32,189 nt of DNA from a virus (Duplodnaviria; Caudoviricetes), in IMG/VR virus record IMGVR_UViG_3300023172_000113, positions 1-32,189 of that record. One strand, given 5' to 3'. Both the position numbers and the translations under genes were made by a program. Of this stretch, positions 9,794-17,814 are shown one piece after another. Position 1 is the first letter of the stretch, and every line of letters begins with the position of its first letter. Under the pieces are notes generated by a model that was not told where the DNA came from, did no database searches, and worked only from the letters and a program-made list of their open reading frames with translations.

Positions 9794-10823
9794 GAGGTTG
9801 TGCTTCAATTTGACCTGCTTGTGTAACACGACAAAATCTTGCATTGTTTCTAAATTCTTCTAAATTGATAGCACCGACATAACTCATTGACGACCTAACA
9901 CCATCGTTAATATCTTGGACAATCCTACATACCTTACCTTTGTAGGGAGTAATCTTTGAATTACCTTCTACATTTTTAACTTCTTCACCACGAGCCAATT
10001 TAGAATCAATGGATGCAGACCCTTGATATTTCTTAAACAATTTCTCATTAGGCCATTGTCCTGTTTTCGCAATAGAGCCTGGAGTTTCTTTTGTTCCTGA
10101 AAACAAAGAACCAATCATAACTGCATCTGCACCAAGAGCCAAAGCCTTAGCAACATCACCTGTTGTTTTAATTCCACCATCAGCAATAATAGATACATCT
10201 AATGATTCTTCTTCAAGGAAAGAATAAATATCGTTTAATGCGGTTGCTTGAGGAACACCTACTCCAGCCCTAATACGGGTTTCACACATTGAACCATTAC
10301 CAATTCCGACTCTAAGAGTATCAGCACCTTCCTTGATTAAGTCCATAGCACCTTCCTTAGAAACAATGTTGCCTACCATGACATGAATATCTTCATATTC
10401 CCTCTTGACATAACTAACCATTTGCATAGGCAAGGAATGATGGCCGTTAGCAACATCAATACAAACACCTTTAAGTTGGGTATAATTTATAATTTTATCC
10501 AAACGGTCTTGCCCCGATTCACCAACACCAACAGCCGCCATATAATTACGAACACCATTAGCATCTATTTCATCACACATATCAACCTGTTCATCAATAC
10601 TTTGAAAACGATGTAGCACACCCATTCCCCCAAGTTTAGATAATTCAACGCACATATCAACACCACAAACGGTGTCCATAGGAGATGCAATTAATGGTGT
10701 AGCAAGAGAATAATCTCCAATGTTGGTATATAATTCACAATCTCCACGACTGTTAATACCAGACCATGTAGGTATAATACTAATATCATCGTAGGTTAAA
10801 CTCATTCTTTCTTCAATCTTCAT
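9783..10823 (-). CDS. guaC: GMP reductase (GuaC-like) of the IMPDH/GMPR family, no CBS domains
   Basis: SPMDTV, IDVANGH, catalytic loop [23 protein letters not shown]. The flap YQGSAS...KNVEG resembles Bacillus-type GuaC and lacks the IMPDH Arg-Tyr dyad. Family is certain; GMPR versus IMPDH is inferred. Confidence 0.75.
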   Translation of the reverse strand: MKIEERMSLTYDDISIIPTWSGINSRGDCELYTNIGDYSLATPLIASPMDTVCGVDMCVELSKLGGMGVLHRFQSIDEQVDMCDEIDANGVRNYMAAVGVGESGQDRLDKIINYTQLKGVCIDVANGHHSLPMQMVSYVKREYEDIHVMVGNIVSKEGAMDLIKEGADTLRVGIGNGSMCETRIRAGVGVPQATALNDIYSFLEEESLDVSIIADGGIKTTGDVAKALALGADAVMIGSLFSGTKETPGSIAKTGQWPNEKLFKKYQGSASIDSKLARGEEVKNVEGNSKITPYKGKVCRIVQDINDGVRSSMSYVGAINLEEFRNNARFCRVTQAGQIEAQPHGL

Positions 10824-11071
10824 TTTTTCTCTCTCCCTAATACTTTATTTTCATCAATTTTTAAGTCACCAAGAACCCATCGGAGGGCGTAAATGACTCC
10901 CTCTAATCCTTTGTAGTTTCTCATGTGTTTCATAAGAAGCGGTTTTGGTTTTCTTGTTTGTAGTGCCGTTAGATGTTTGTTTTGTTCTCTTTCGGCTTTA
11001 TTCAACAAGTCTTCTATTTCTTCCCATGTTCTTTCATAGGAAAAGTTTTCACTATCTTGATGGTCGTTCAT
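10820..11071 (-). CDS. Hypothetical helical protein
   Basis: ATGA-coupled on both sides; LEGVIYALRWVLG motif. Confidence 0.65.
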   Translation of the reverse strand: MNDHQDSENFSYERTWEEIEDLLNKAEREQNKHLTALQTRKPKPLLMKHMRNYKGLEGVIYALRWVLGDLKIDENKVLGREKK

Positions 11072-11262
11072 TCATATCCCTCCAATGTATGACTTACATT
11101 ATACATGTAGTCGTATTTAGTTAGTCCAGCAAGGTTAAATTTTTGATAGACCACTACACCGTTATAACAGGCTTTACAACACTTACCTTCCATAACAGGT
11201 TGAGCATTATATGTTTCATCAAGATGTTCTTCTTTACAAATGCAACATTTATTGCTCTTCAT
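11068..11262 (-). CDS. Small Cys-rich zinc-finger protein
   Basis: KCCICKE...YNAQPVMEGKCCKACY; likely start MKSNK or MTIKM. Confidence 0.65.
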   Translation of the reverse strand: MKSNKCCICKEEHLDETYNAQPVMEGKCCKACYNGVVVYQKFNLAGLTKYDYMYNVSHTLEGYE

Positions 11263-11467
11263 CTTTATTGTCATTTTTGGCGGCCTCCATTTTACATATA
11301 GGACATTCGCTTGTAATAAGGTCTTTACACCATCCACCGCTATGAATAATTCCTGCGGCTTCAATATTAAGTGCGTTTGTCATATATTGAATCATGCTTA
11401 CCATTTGTAGTAGCATATCCAATGCAGATGCTCGGCTTTCCAATTCTTTATTTTGTTCTTCATTCAT
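11249..11467 (-). CDS. Hypothetical protein with H-x4-C...CxxC
   Basis: 72-aa ORF directly downstream of PCNA. Confidence 0.6.
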   Translation of the reverse strand: MNEEQNKELESRASALDMLLQMVSMIQYMTNALNIEAAGIIHSGGWCKDLITSECPICKMEAAKNDNKDEEQ

Positions 11468-11471
11468 TTTA

Positions 11472-12239
11472 TCAACCTTCTGTTCTTGGTGCTCTCAGTA
11501 ATTTATAGTCGCCATTTATAACTGAGATTGGCGATTCGTCATTGTATGAAATAATAGTAATTCCATTATTCAAGTATTTATAAAACGGTGCGGAAAACTC
11601 AACGATAGCATCATCACCAATAGATTCAATTGCTTCAATGTTAATTGCAACCGATTCATTTTCTTTGGTAGAAGATACGGTAAGTCCAGAATCCGCAACG
11701 AAGTTTAACTTGTATACCGAGTTACCCACATTCTCACAATCCTTAAATGCATCTACTAATTCATCCGTAGGGATTTTGATTCTTGTAGATAGAGATGTTC
11801 TTGCACTAATAACAACGGGCTCTTCTAAAACACGACTCATAGTAATATTAGAAATACTATGAATAATGTTATCGTTATATTGGTGTCGTTCAAGAAGAGG
11901 TAACTTTACAGTCTTCTTTTCTGTGCTAATCTTAAGTAAGTTATCTTCCAAAGAAAATACACTTACTTCATTACCAAGATACTTTAAAAGTATATCTGTA
12001 TCAATAGCAAAACGACCAGCAACCGTGTTCTCATATTCAATAAGAGAAATTTTATTCTCTACAAATGTTGCAGGGTCAGCGTTCCAAACACTACATTTCA
12101 TCTCTTCAACATCAACGCCCATAATAATAGACGATGAAAGAGTGGTTAGTTTGTTGTTTGAACCGTAGTTCCACTTACCTTTAAGCAACACGCTTTCAAT
12201 CTTTTCTTTCAATTCTTTTCCATTCACTTTAAACTTCAT
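11472..12239 (-). CDS. pcn: PCNA-like DNA sliding clamp
   Basis: 255 aa with two-domain clamp size and pattern; C-terminal ESPI...LLRAPR matches the PCNA P...LAPR ending; RFC and PIP-box partners are present. Confidence 0.75.
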   Translation of the reverse strand: MKFKVNGKELKEKIESVLLKGKWNYGSNNKLTTLSSSIIMGVDVEEMKCSVWNADPATFVENKISLIEYENTVAGRFAIDTDILLKYLGNEVSVFSLEDNLLKISTEKKTVKLPLLERHQYNDNIIHSISNITMSRVLEEPVVISARTSLSTRIKIPTDELVDAFKDCENVGNSVYKLNFVADSGLTVSSTKENESVAINIEAIESIGDDAIVEFSAPFYKYLNNGITIISYNDESPISVINGDYKLLRAPRTEG

Positions 12240-12254
12240 ATTATCAACTCCTTA

Positions 12255-12325
12255 TTGGGGAAACGGCAACGGGTGGAGGAAATCCGTTGTCAGCAATAAA
12301 GCCGTTATTATCTGACTAACCCCAA
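12255..12325 (-). ncRNA. Candidate structured cis-RNA (pseudoknot-capable) upstream of the PCNA RBS
   Basis: Pairings UUGGGG/CCCCAA, GUCAG/CUGAC, AACGG/CCGUU, AACGGC/GCCGUU within 71 nt. Confidence 0.5.
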
Positions 12326-12350
12326 CATTAGGCACACACCCTTTACCTAA

Positions 12351-13274
12351 TCAAAGAGAGCCATTTCTGATAGACTCAATACCTGTCCATTCAACCTTTC
12401 CACCGCTACTTTCCATAACGGTAAAGGTCTGTCCAACATTCTCATTGTTGGTTTTAGACTTTCGGACATGGGCAGTAAGTTTGAAAGTTTTACCTTTCTC
12501 TTCCTTTTTACACTCAATGTATTGGAACAATTTTGCCGTGGTGTTCTTTTCCCAATCTGGTTTTGTTCCAACGATAGAAAATCCATCATGCACTTCTTTC
12601 ATATGCGTGATGAAAAATTTGTGGCATCGCAATTGACAAGCGGCTTTAAACAAACGCTTGTATTCTTCAGTCCTTGCATACCATTGGGTCGGAACCATTT
12701 TAACTTTATCAGCCTGTCTTGGGTCGCCTCCCTTAATATGATTCAAACGAGCAATCATATTTGTGGTATCAAGCCAAGTATCAAGCCCATCAAAAACAAT
12801 AGCCTTAACTGCCTCAATTTTAACTTCATCATCACCGTCTTCAATCTTACCAGATTCAATGGCCTCATTTACCATAGCGATAAAGAAGCGAGCCATATCA
12901 GCCGTAGCCAAATAATCAACAGTCATATCCTCATTATATACATGAGGGTTGAAGATAACAATTTTTTCATCTTCACTCCAATGTTGTCGCCATGTAGGTT
13001 CTGCACCCTCATCAAAATCAAGAACAAAAAGCCAATGTGTCTTTCGTTCTTCTTCTGTTCGGCAATCCAAAGCAACACCTGTTTTACCTGTTCCTGGATT
13101 TCCACTAATCCCACAAATCAAAAATGCTTGTTCTTGTTCAAGCAACTTTTTTCTTTGATTCATAGCACGAAGTTTGGCTTGTTTGAAAGCCGACTCGCTA
13201 TTGTTTTGTTTTGCTGCTTGGAGAGTAGCCCCTGCTGCATTTCCTTTTTTGTTTCCAATTCCCATATTATTCAT
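12351..13274 (-). CDS. RecA-fold P-loop ATPase (RadA/Sak4-like recombinase)
   Basis: Walker A GNPGTGKT, LDFDEG, Walker B IVFDGLD, FFITH; near SSB. Confidence 0.75.
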   Translation of the reverse strand: MNNMGIGNKKGNAAGATLQAAKQNNSESAFKQAKLRAMNQRKKLLEQEQAFLICGISGNPGTGKTGVALDCRTEEERKTHWLFVLDFDEGAEPTWRQHWSEDEKIVIFNPHVYNEDMTVDYLATADMARFFIAMVNEAIESGKIEDGDDEVKIEAVKAIVFDGLDTWLDTTNMIARLNHIKGGDPRQADKVKMVPTQWYARTEEYKRLFKAACQLRCHKFFITHMKEVHDGFSIVGTKPDWEKNTTAKLFQYIECKKEEKGKTFKLTAHVRKSKTNNENVGQTFTVMESSGGKVEWTGIESIRNGSL

Positions 13275-13485
13275 CTCCTAATTGTTGTTTAAATTGTTCT
13301 TTTAATTGTCTGAATTGTTGTTCAAACAATTGTCGGGTGAACTGTTTCCCGCTTTTCAAATGAATTCTTACTGAATATGGATTGTCTGGTTCTTCTTCCA
13401 ATCTTTTCCATTCAATAGATTCCACTTCCGACATATCAAAACAAAGTTGATGTAGTCTAAAATAACTTGTGTTTTCTCTAATCAT
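13267..13485 (-). CDS. Small beta-rich hypothetical protein
   Basis: AGGTGA RBS; overlaps the start of the ATPase gene. Confidence 0.65.
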   Translation of the reverse strand: MIRENTSYFRLHQLCFDMSEVESIEWKRLEEEPDNPYSVRIHLKSGKQFTRQLFEQQFRQLKEQFKQQLGDE

Positions 13486-13493
13486 ATAATCAC

Positions 13494-13588
13494 CTATTGT
13501 AGAGGCTTTGCACCCCGTCGTATGTCATTCAAACCGCCAACATATACACGGCAACTCGTAGGCCATTGGTGTATCTCTATGACAATAG
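13494..13588 (-). ncRNA. Candidate multi-stem RNA between SSB and the next RBS
   Basis: Closing stem CUAUUG..UAGAG/CUCUA-CAAUAG; inner stems AUACAC/GUGUAU and UAUGUU/GACAUA; T-loop-like GGGG-UGCAAAG-CCUC. Confidence 0.5.
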
Positions 13589-13632
13589 CCTAAGCGAGAT
13601 TCACATTCCAATCTTTTGGTAATCTATTAAAA

Positions 13633-14886
13633 TCACCAATAAGAAAGTTCTTCGTCGTCGTTAGTATCACCCACATCTTCAGGTGCAACACCCAAAGAAA
13701 TACGGGGAAGAATACCATAGACATTCAATGAAACAGGATTCCATTCATCATCAGAAAGGTTTCCATCATCATCCTTCTTTCGGGTTTGATTGGTTCGGCC
13801 AATAATGATAACATCTGAACCTACACCGAAATCAATGTCCACATTTGAAGGAATCCAACATGGGGTTGATTCAGGAATCTCTTCTTCTTCAAACCCATAA
13901 TTTCCATCAGCAGGTTCAATCCAAATAACACGGTTGCCCGTCTTTTCATTAACAGACAAATTCATGCTACTCACGATACCGTCAGTAATGCAAAGTTTCA
14001 TTCCAGGATTTGACATAATTTGTTGGTGATAATCTTCAATCTCCATCAAATCAGCAACATATCCTTCCATGTGTTCAGCCAACAAGTCTTCCATAGAAGG
14101 AGTATTGCCGACAAACAAATCATCTTCGGCATCAAGATTATCGTTATAGCGGATAGAACCAAGTGTGCTGGTCTTAATCCCATAACAAGCGTTTCGCTCA
14201 TCGTTAAAGAAGGCATGAAGGTGAACCCATCGGAAGTTTTCAACAGACCAATTCTTAGCGAGAGTGTCCTTCAAACCCAAAGTCCAATATTGAAAATCTC
14301 CACCTTCTTTCTTAGCGATAAAGTGAACTCGTCGTCGCCATTCTTCAGCAGGGAGAGGCTTACCGAAACGACTGTTCTTATCACCACTTGAATATGCTTC
14401 CAAGTTATCAATAGGAACAATCCACTTTCCTTCATCAACCTCAATAGAAGAGTTAGGAAGGTCGGGAATAACCTTTGTTTCAACCTCTCCGTTTCGCAAT
14501 TGGCTCTTTTCATAGACACCATTTTCCAAAACAACTTCAGCAACACGACCTTCATTAAAGACAGTATTAGCGTTTGAGTTGTAATCATTCAAGAGAGTTT
14601 TACGACTCCATTCTTGAATATCACGGGCTGGTTCAGCACCGACGATAAATCCAAAAGCCATATCACCAAAAGAATCACTTGAGGTTCGGGTGCTTTTCCT
14701 TGTTGAACTTCGCACAAATTGGCGAGTCAAAGCAAGAGCAGACCTCATGTGTTTTTCATTTTCCAAATCCAACCCGTTAGCAGTTGCAATTTCTTCCATT
14801 TTCGTTGTCATTTCTTCAAAACTGATACCAAGTTTGTTAGCCAATCCGTTCAGTTCATTCATCATTCTTTCATTCATTTTTTTCAC
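13633..14886 (-). CDS. Putative ssDNA-binding protein (RPA/OB-fold)
   Basis: C-terminal OB-like strand pattern (DFGVGSDVIIIGRT...LNVYGI), acidic tail ending in aromatics (DDEELSYW), position between RFC and the recombinase. Confidence 0.6.
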   Translation of the reverse strand: MKKMNERMMNELNGLANKLGISFEEMTTKMEEIATANGLDLENEKHMRSALALTRQFVRSSTRKSTRTSSDSFGDMAFGFIVGAEPARDIQEWSRKTLLNDYNSNANTVFNEGRVAEVVLENGVYEKSQLRNGEVETKVIPDLPNSSIEVDEGKWIVPIDNLEAYSSGDKNSRFGKPLPAEEWRRRVHFIAKKEGGDFQYWTLGLKDTLAKNWSVENFRWVHLHAFFNDERNACYGIKTSTLGSIRYNDNLDAEDDLFVGNTPSMEDLLAEHMEGYVADLMEIEDYHQQIMSNPGMKLCITDGIVSSMNLSVNEKTGNRVIWIEPADGNYGFEEEEIPESTPCWIPSNVDIDFGVGSDVIIIGRTNQTRKKDDDGNLSDDEWNPVSLNVYGILPRISLGVAPEDVGDTNDDEELSYW

Positions 14887-14895
14887 CTTTTTTGT

Positions 14896-15807
14896 TTAAT
14901 GGGTAAATTGCGCCACAAACCATGACACAATAATTTTCGGAGTCATTACCCTTTGCCTCCATTCCATTTCTCCAATTGCGCTGAGGCACTTAAATGTAGT
15001 CCCCCTGTCCAATTTCATATCTAATACACAATGATGTAGATTAACACAAATTTCTACGACAGAAACGCCCATTAAAACACGCTTCATCAAAAGACCATGC
15101 GCTTTATTTGGGTCGTCTGTCAAATACTTAACTATATCATAATAGTCGTTCATAAATTCCTTTGCTTTAGTTTTCAAATCAGAATTAGTAAAGGCAACTG
15201 CTTGTAATTCATTAACCGCCCTTCTCATATCTCCGTTCATCATACCAGCAAAAGATTGTATATCCTCATCTGGGAATGAAAGATTTTCATTCTCACAGAT
15301 ATTTTTAAGCATACTTGTCATGGACTCATTATCCAATGACGAAAAGTGATAATTTGCACAACGACTACGGATAGCATAATCTACTGAAGTCTCGTCATTA
15401 CATGTAATTATAAAACGAACTCCTGTGGCTCTTTCCATAGTTCTCTTTAAGGCTCGTTGCGAGTCCTTAAGCATACCATCAATTTCATCAAGTAGAATAA
15501 TCTTGAAGGGAACATTATCTGTGCCCTTAGTATTTGCAAAATTAGTGATAGTGTTACGAATAGTTTCTAACTTTCTATCTTGACTTGCATTAATTTCCAT
15601 GAAGTTATTTCTAATCTCATCACCAAGATACTGTAAAGCCAATACATAAGCGGCTGATGTTTTACCTGTTCCTGGCCTTCCATACAATAGAATGTTAGGA
15701 AGGTTAGTTTTATCTATCCATGATAATGCGTCTTCTACAAATTTATGTTGTCCTACAATCTCTTCAATCTTCTTTGGTCTGTATTTTTCTGTCCAATTCA
15801 TTTTCAA
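14896..15807 (-). CDS. rfcS: Replication factor C small subunit
   Basis: WTEKYRP, GRPGTGKT, EINASQDR, IILLDEID, SRC motif, GDMRRAVNELQ. Confidence 0.95.
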   Translation of the reverse strand: MKMNWTEKYRPKKIEEIVGQHKFVEDALSWIDKTNLPNILLYGRPGTGKTSAAYVLALQYLGDEIRNNFMEINASQDRKLETIRNTITNFANTKGTDNVPFKIILLDEIDGMLKDSQRALKRTMERATGVRFIITCNDETSVDYAIRSRCANYHFSSLDNESMTSMLKNICENENLSFPDEDIQSFAGMMNGDMRRAVNELQAVAFTNSDLKTKAKEFMNDYYDIVKYLTDDPNKAHGLLMKRVLMGVSVVEICVNLHHCVLDMKLDRGTTFKCLSAIGEMEWRQRVMTPKIIVSWFVAQFTH

Positions 15808-16183
15808 TCTCTCCTAATCCTTTACAATAACCACAGGGCATTTCAAGTGCTTGCCCTGAACCAGCACATTTTTCACATTTTATTTTGGGTGTATTACACC
15901 CCTTACAATTCTCATGATTCTTAAATCCAGAACCATCACATACATTACATAATTTCGTTTTAACATACATAGTAGAATGTTTGCTATTTGATTTCTTTGT
16001 AATTTTATATCTTTTATTTTTTCCTACATAAGAAGTTACTTTTCTTTCTGTCGGAACATATGTAAATGTCCCACCGTTTTCTTCAATGTAGGACATAATA
16101 GCATTGATAATGCCGTTTGAGGTTCTTTCCTCACCATCATTCATAGCCCTATCAATATATCTCTCAGCATAACTTTTGTTCAT
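15764..16183 (-). CDS. Protein with DnaJ-type CxxCxGxG zinc-finger repeats
   Basis: CNVCDGSG, CKGC, CEKCAGSG, CGYCKGLG after a possible winged-helix N-terminus. Confidence 0.65.
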   Translation of the reverse strand: MNKSYAERYIDRAMNDGEERTSNGIINAIMSYIEENGGTFTYVPTERKVTSYVGKNKRYKITKKSNSKHSTMYVKTKLCNVCDGSGFKNHENCKGCNTPKIKCEKCAGSGQALEMPCGYCKGLGEIENELDRKIQTKED

Positions 16184-16195
16184 TTTCTTACCTAT

Positions 16196-16330
16196 TTAAT
16201 CACCCACCTTTACTTCCGAAGAATCCACATCGTCATCATATAACTTAGACAGGTCTATAATTTTAAACCTACCCGCTTTTACTACATCAGCAAGCCAAAC
16301 TGTAAATGATACTCCTTGCGATTTTCTCAT
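16196..16330 (-). CDS. 44-aa hypothetical protein (not in ORF track)
   Basis: MRKSQGVSFTVWLADVVKAGRFKIIDLSKLYDDDVDSSEVKVGD; TAATG-coupled to the upstream gene. Confidence 0.5.
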   Translation of the reverse strand: MRKSQGVSFTVWLADVVKAGRFKIIDLSKLYDDDVDSSEVKVGD

Positions 16331-17160
16331 TAAAAATCACCCAACTTAGTATTAGTGTATCTGATTGTTTGCTTTCTCGGTTTTTTCAACCCAAGAATTT
16401 TACATTCTTCTGCGTCAAGTTTTGAAATTGCCCATGCTTTCCATTCAGGGTTTTTGAGATATGCTTTCACAAGGTAAGCATCCTTTTCTTTAAGACCCAA
16501 TTTATGACAAATCTTGGGAACAGGAGAATAAGAGTTCCTTTGAGGAAAATTTACTCTTCCGTGGTGGTTACCATTCCAAGAAAAGACAAAGATTTCCCTA
16601 AAGTAATCTTTAGACCACCTTCTCATAATCTGGTCAGAAAATGCAATCTTTCTAACATCAATATTTGGGGCAACCCAACTTAGAATTTGCATATCGGAAG
16701 GGTCATTATATTTCATATAACTCAAAACCTCATGTCTGTCCTTGTTCTTTAAATACTCAATGTTCAAATCATAGACGCTTTTATCATACTTTAATGGTTT
16801 GGAACAATTTGGTGCGTCTAATTTAATATATTCTTGACGATTATCTGTTTGTCCCATTCGCTTTCTCACACACATATTCATAATTGACTTAGGAACATCT
16901 TTCTCATTGATAGAAGTCAGCACTACAAATTTGTGAATTGTTAAGATGTTGATAATTTTCTTAGTCTCAGGTTTGTAATGGACATCTTCAATAAGAATGC
17001 CGTGATTTTTGGGGTATGAATATATGTCATCAATTGTAATATCTGATGCATCCATCACTACAAATGGTCTGCTACCTAAAATTTGTTTGGCTCTTCTGGT
17101 TTTTCCAGCACCATTTCCACCTACAAGCAATTTAAATTTCGTTGAAGTAGTTTTCATCAT
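16330..17160 (-). CDS. Divergent RFC large-subunit-like AAA+ protein
   Basis: Walker A GGNGAGKT, MDASD (cf. RFC ELNASD), Walker B ILIEDVH, basic C-terminus ending in PIP-like NTKLGDF; close to rfcS. Confidence 0.65.
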   Translation of the reverse strand: MMKTTSTKFKLLVGGNGAGKTRRAKQILGSRPFVVMDASDITIDDIYSYPKNHGILIEDVHYKPETKKIINILTIHKFVVLTSINEKDVPKSIMNMCVRKRMGQTDNRQEYIKLDAPNCSKPLKYDKSVYDLNIEYLKNKDRHEVLSYMKYNDPSDMQILSWVAPNIDVRKIAFSDQIMRRWSKDYFREIFVFSWNGNHHGRVNFPQRNSYSPVPKICHKLGLKEKDAYLVKAYLKNPEWKAWAISKLDAEECKILGLKKPRKQTIRYTNTKLGDF

Positions 17161-17548
17161 TCATCATCTCTCTAATTCTATTCATTCCTTCTTCTTCCAA
17201 ATGATTCTTGTTTGATATTTCTTCCGATACTGCATCAAATAGTCGCCAATCTGCATGTGAACACGGGAGATTTTTATTCATTAGTTCTCTAACTGCGTCA
17301 AGTGCGGCCTTTTTACCTATAATTAATACGGGTGCTTTTCTATTTGGCCCTTCAACAGTTCTTAAATTACATTCAATATCTAAGGAGTTAAATTTTCTCT
17401 CCAATGCTACTAAAAACTCATGTGATGCTCTAAACATAATTCTAACTCTAATGTTCCATCCTGTTTTACTTGTATTAGATTGATAACTTGTAATTTCAGG
17501 TCGGGCAATTGTTAGTAAAATTCCACTTAATTCCCCATTGTTGAACAT
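17132..17548 (-). CDS. Degenerate LAGLIDADG-fold protein
   Basis: ELSGILLTIA helix at the LAGLIDADG position, WNIRVRIMF strand, C-terminal NHLEEEGMNRIREM like the HLTxEGLxKI ending of LAGLIDADG proteins; catalytic acidic residue missing. Confidence 0.55.
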   Translation of the reverse strand: MFNNGELSGILLTIARPEITSYQSNTSKTGWNIRVRIMFRASHEFLVALERKFNSLDIECNLRTVEGPNRKAPVLIIGKKAALDAVRELMNKNLPCSHADWRLFDAVSEEISNKNHLEEEGMNRIREMMNDENYFNEI

Positions 17549-17550
17549 TA

Positions 17551-17814
17551 TTATTCCTCAGATGTATCAAGCGTTGTTTGATTAGGGTCACTCAAAGTAA
17601 TGGGTAAGGGATTTTGAAGTTCTTTAATACAAGCATCAAACAAATGTTTGGGCAAGACACCTTCAATCCTATACAGCATTAGTTTTCCACCGCATCGCAA
17701 ATGGTAATAAGATTCGCCCGTCGGTATATCTTGAACTAAGCCTTCTTCTGCACCGTTAAATGGTTCTCGGCAGTAATGACATAATTTTCCTTCTTCTATA
17801 TTTCTAATATTCAT
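17551..17814 (-). CDS. Zinc-finger protein with PIP-like tail
   Basis: CHYC...YHLRC; C-terminal NQTTLD. Confidence 0.6.
   Translation of the reverse strand: MNIRNIEEGKLCHYCREPFNGAEEGLVQDIPTGESYYHLRCGGKLMLYRIEGVLPKHLFDACIKELQNPLPITLSDPNQTTLDTSEE

Noticed and set aside
12255-12325. HDV-like ribozyme (UUCCUC loop)
   Set aside because: The order of paired segments did not fit the HDV nested double pseudoknot by eye; kept as an unclassified structure.
13500-13520. GCAAAGCCUC resembling a c-di-GMP-I riboswitch or a tRNA T-arm
   Set aside because: The GGCAAAC/GNRA P2 elements are absent, and there is no canonical D-arm or anticodon arm.
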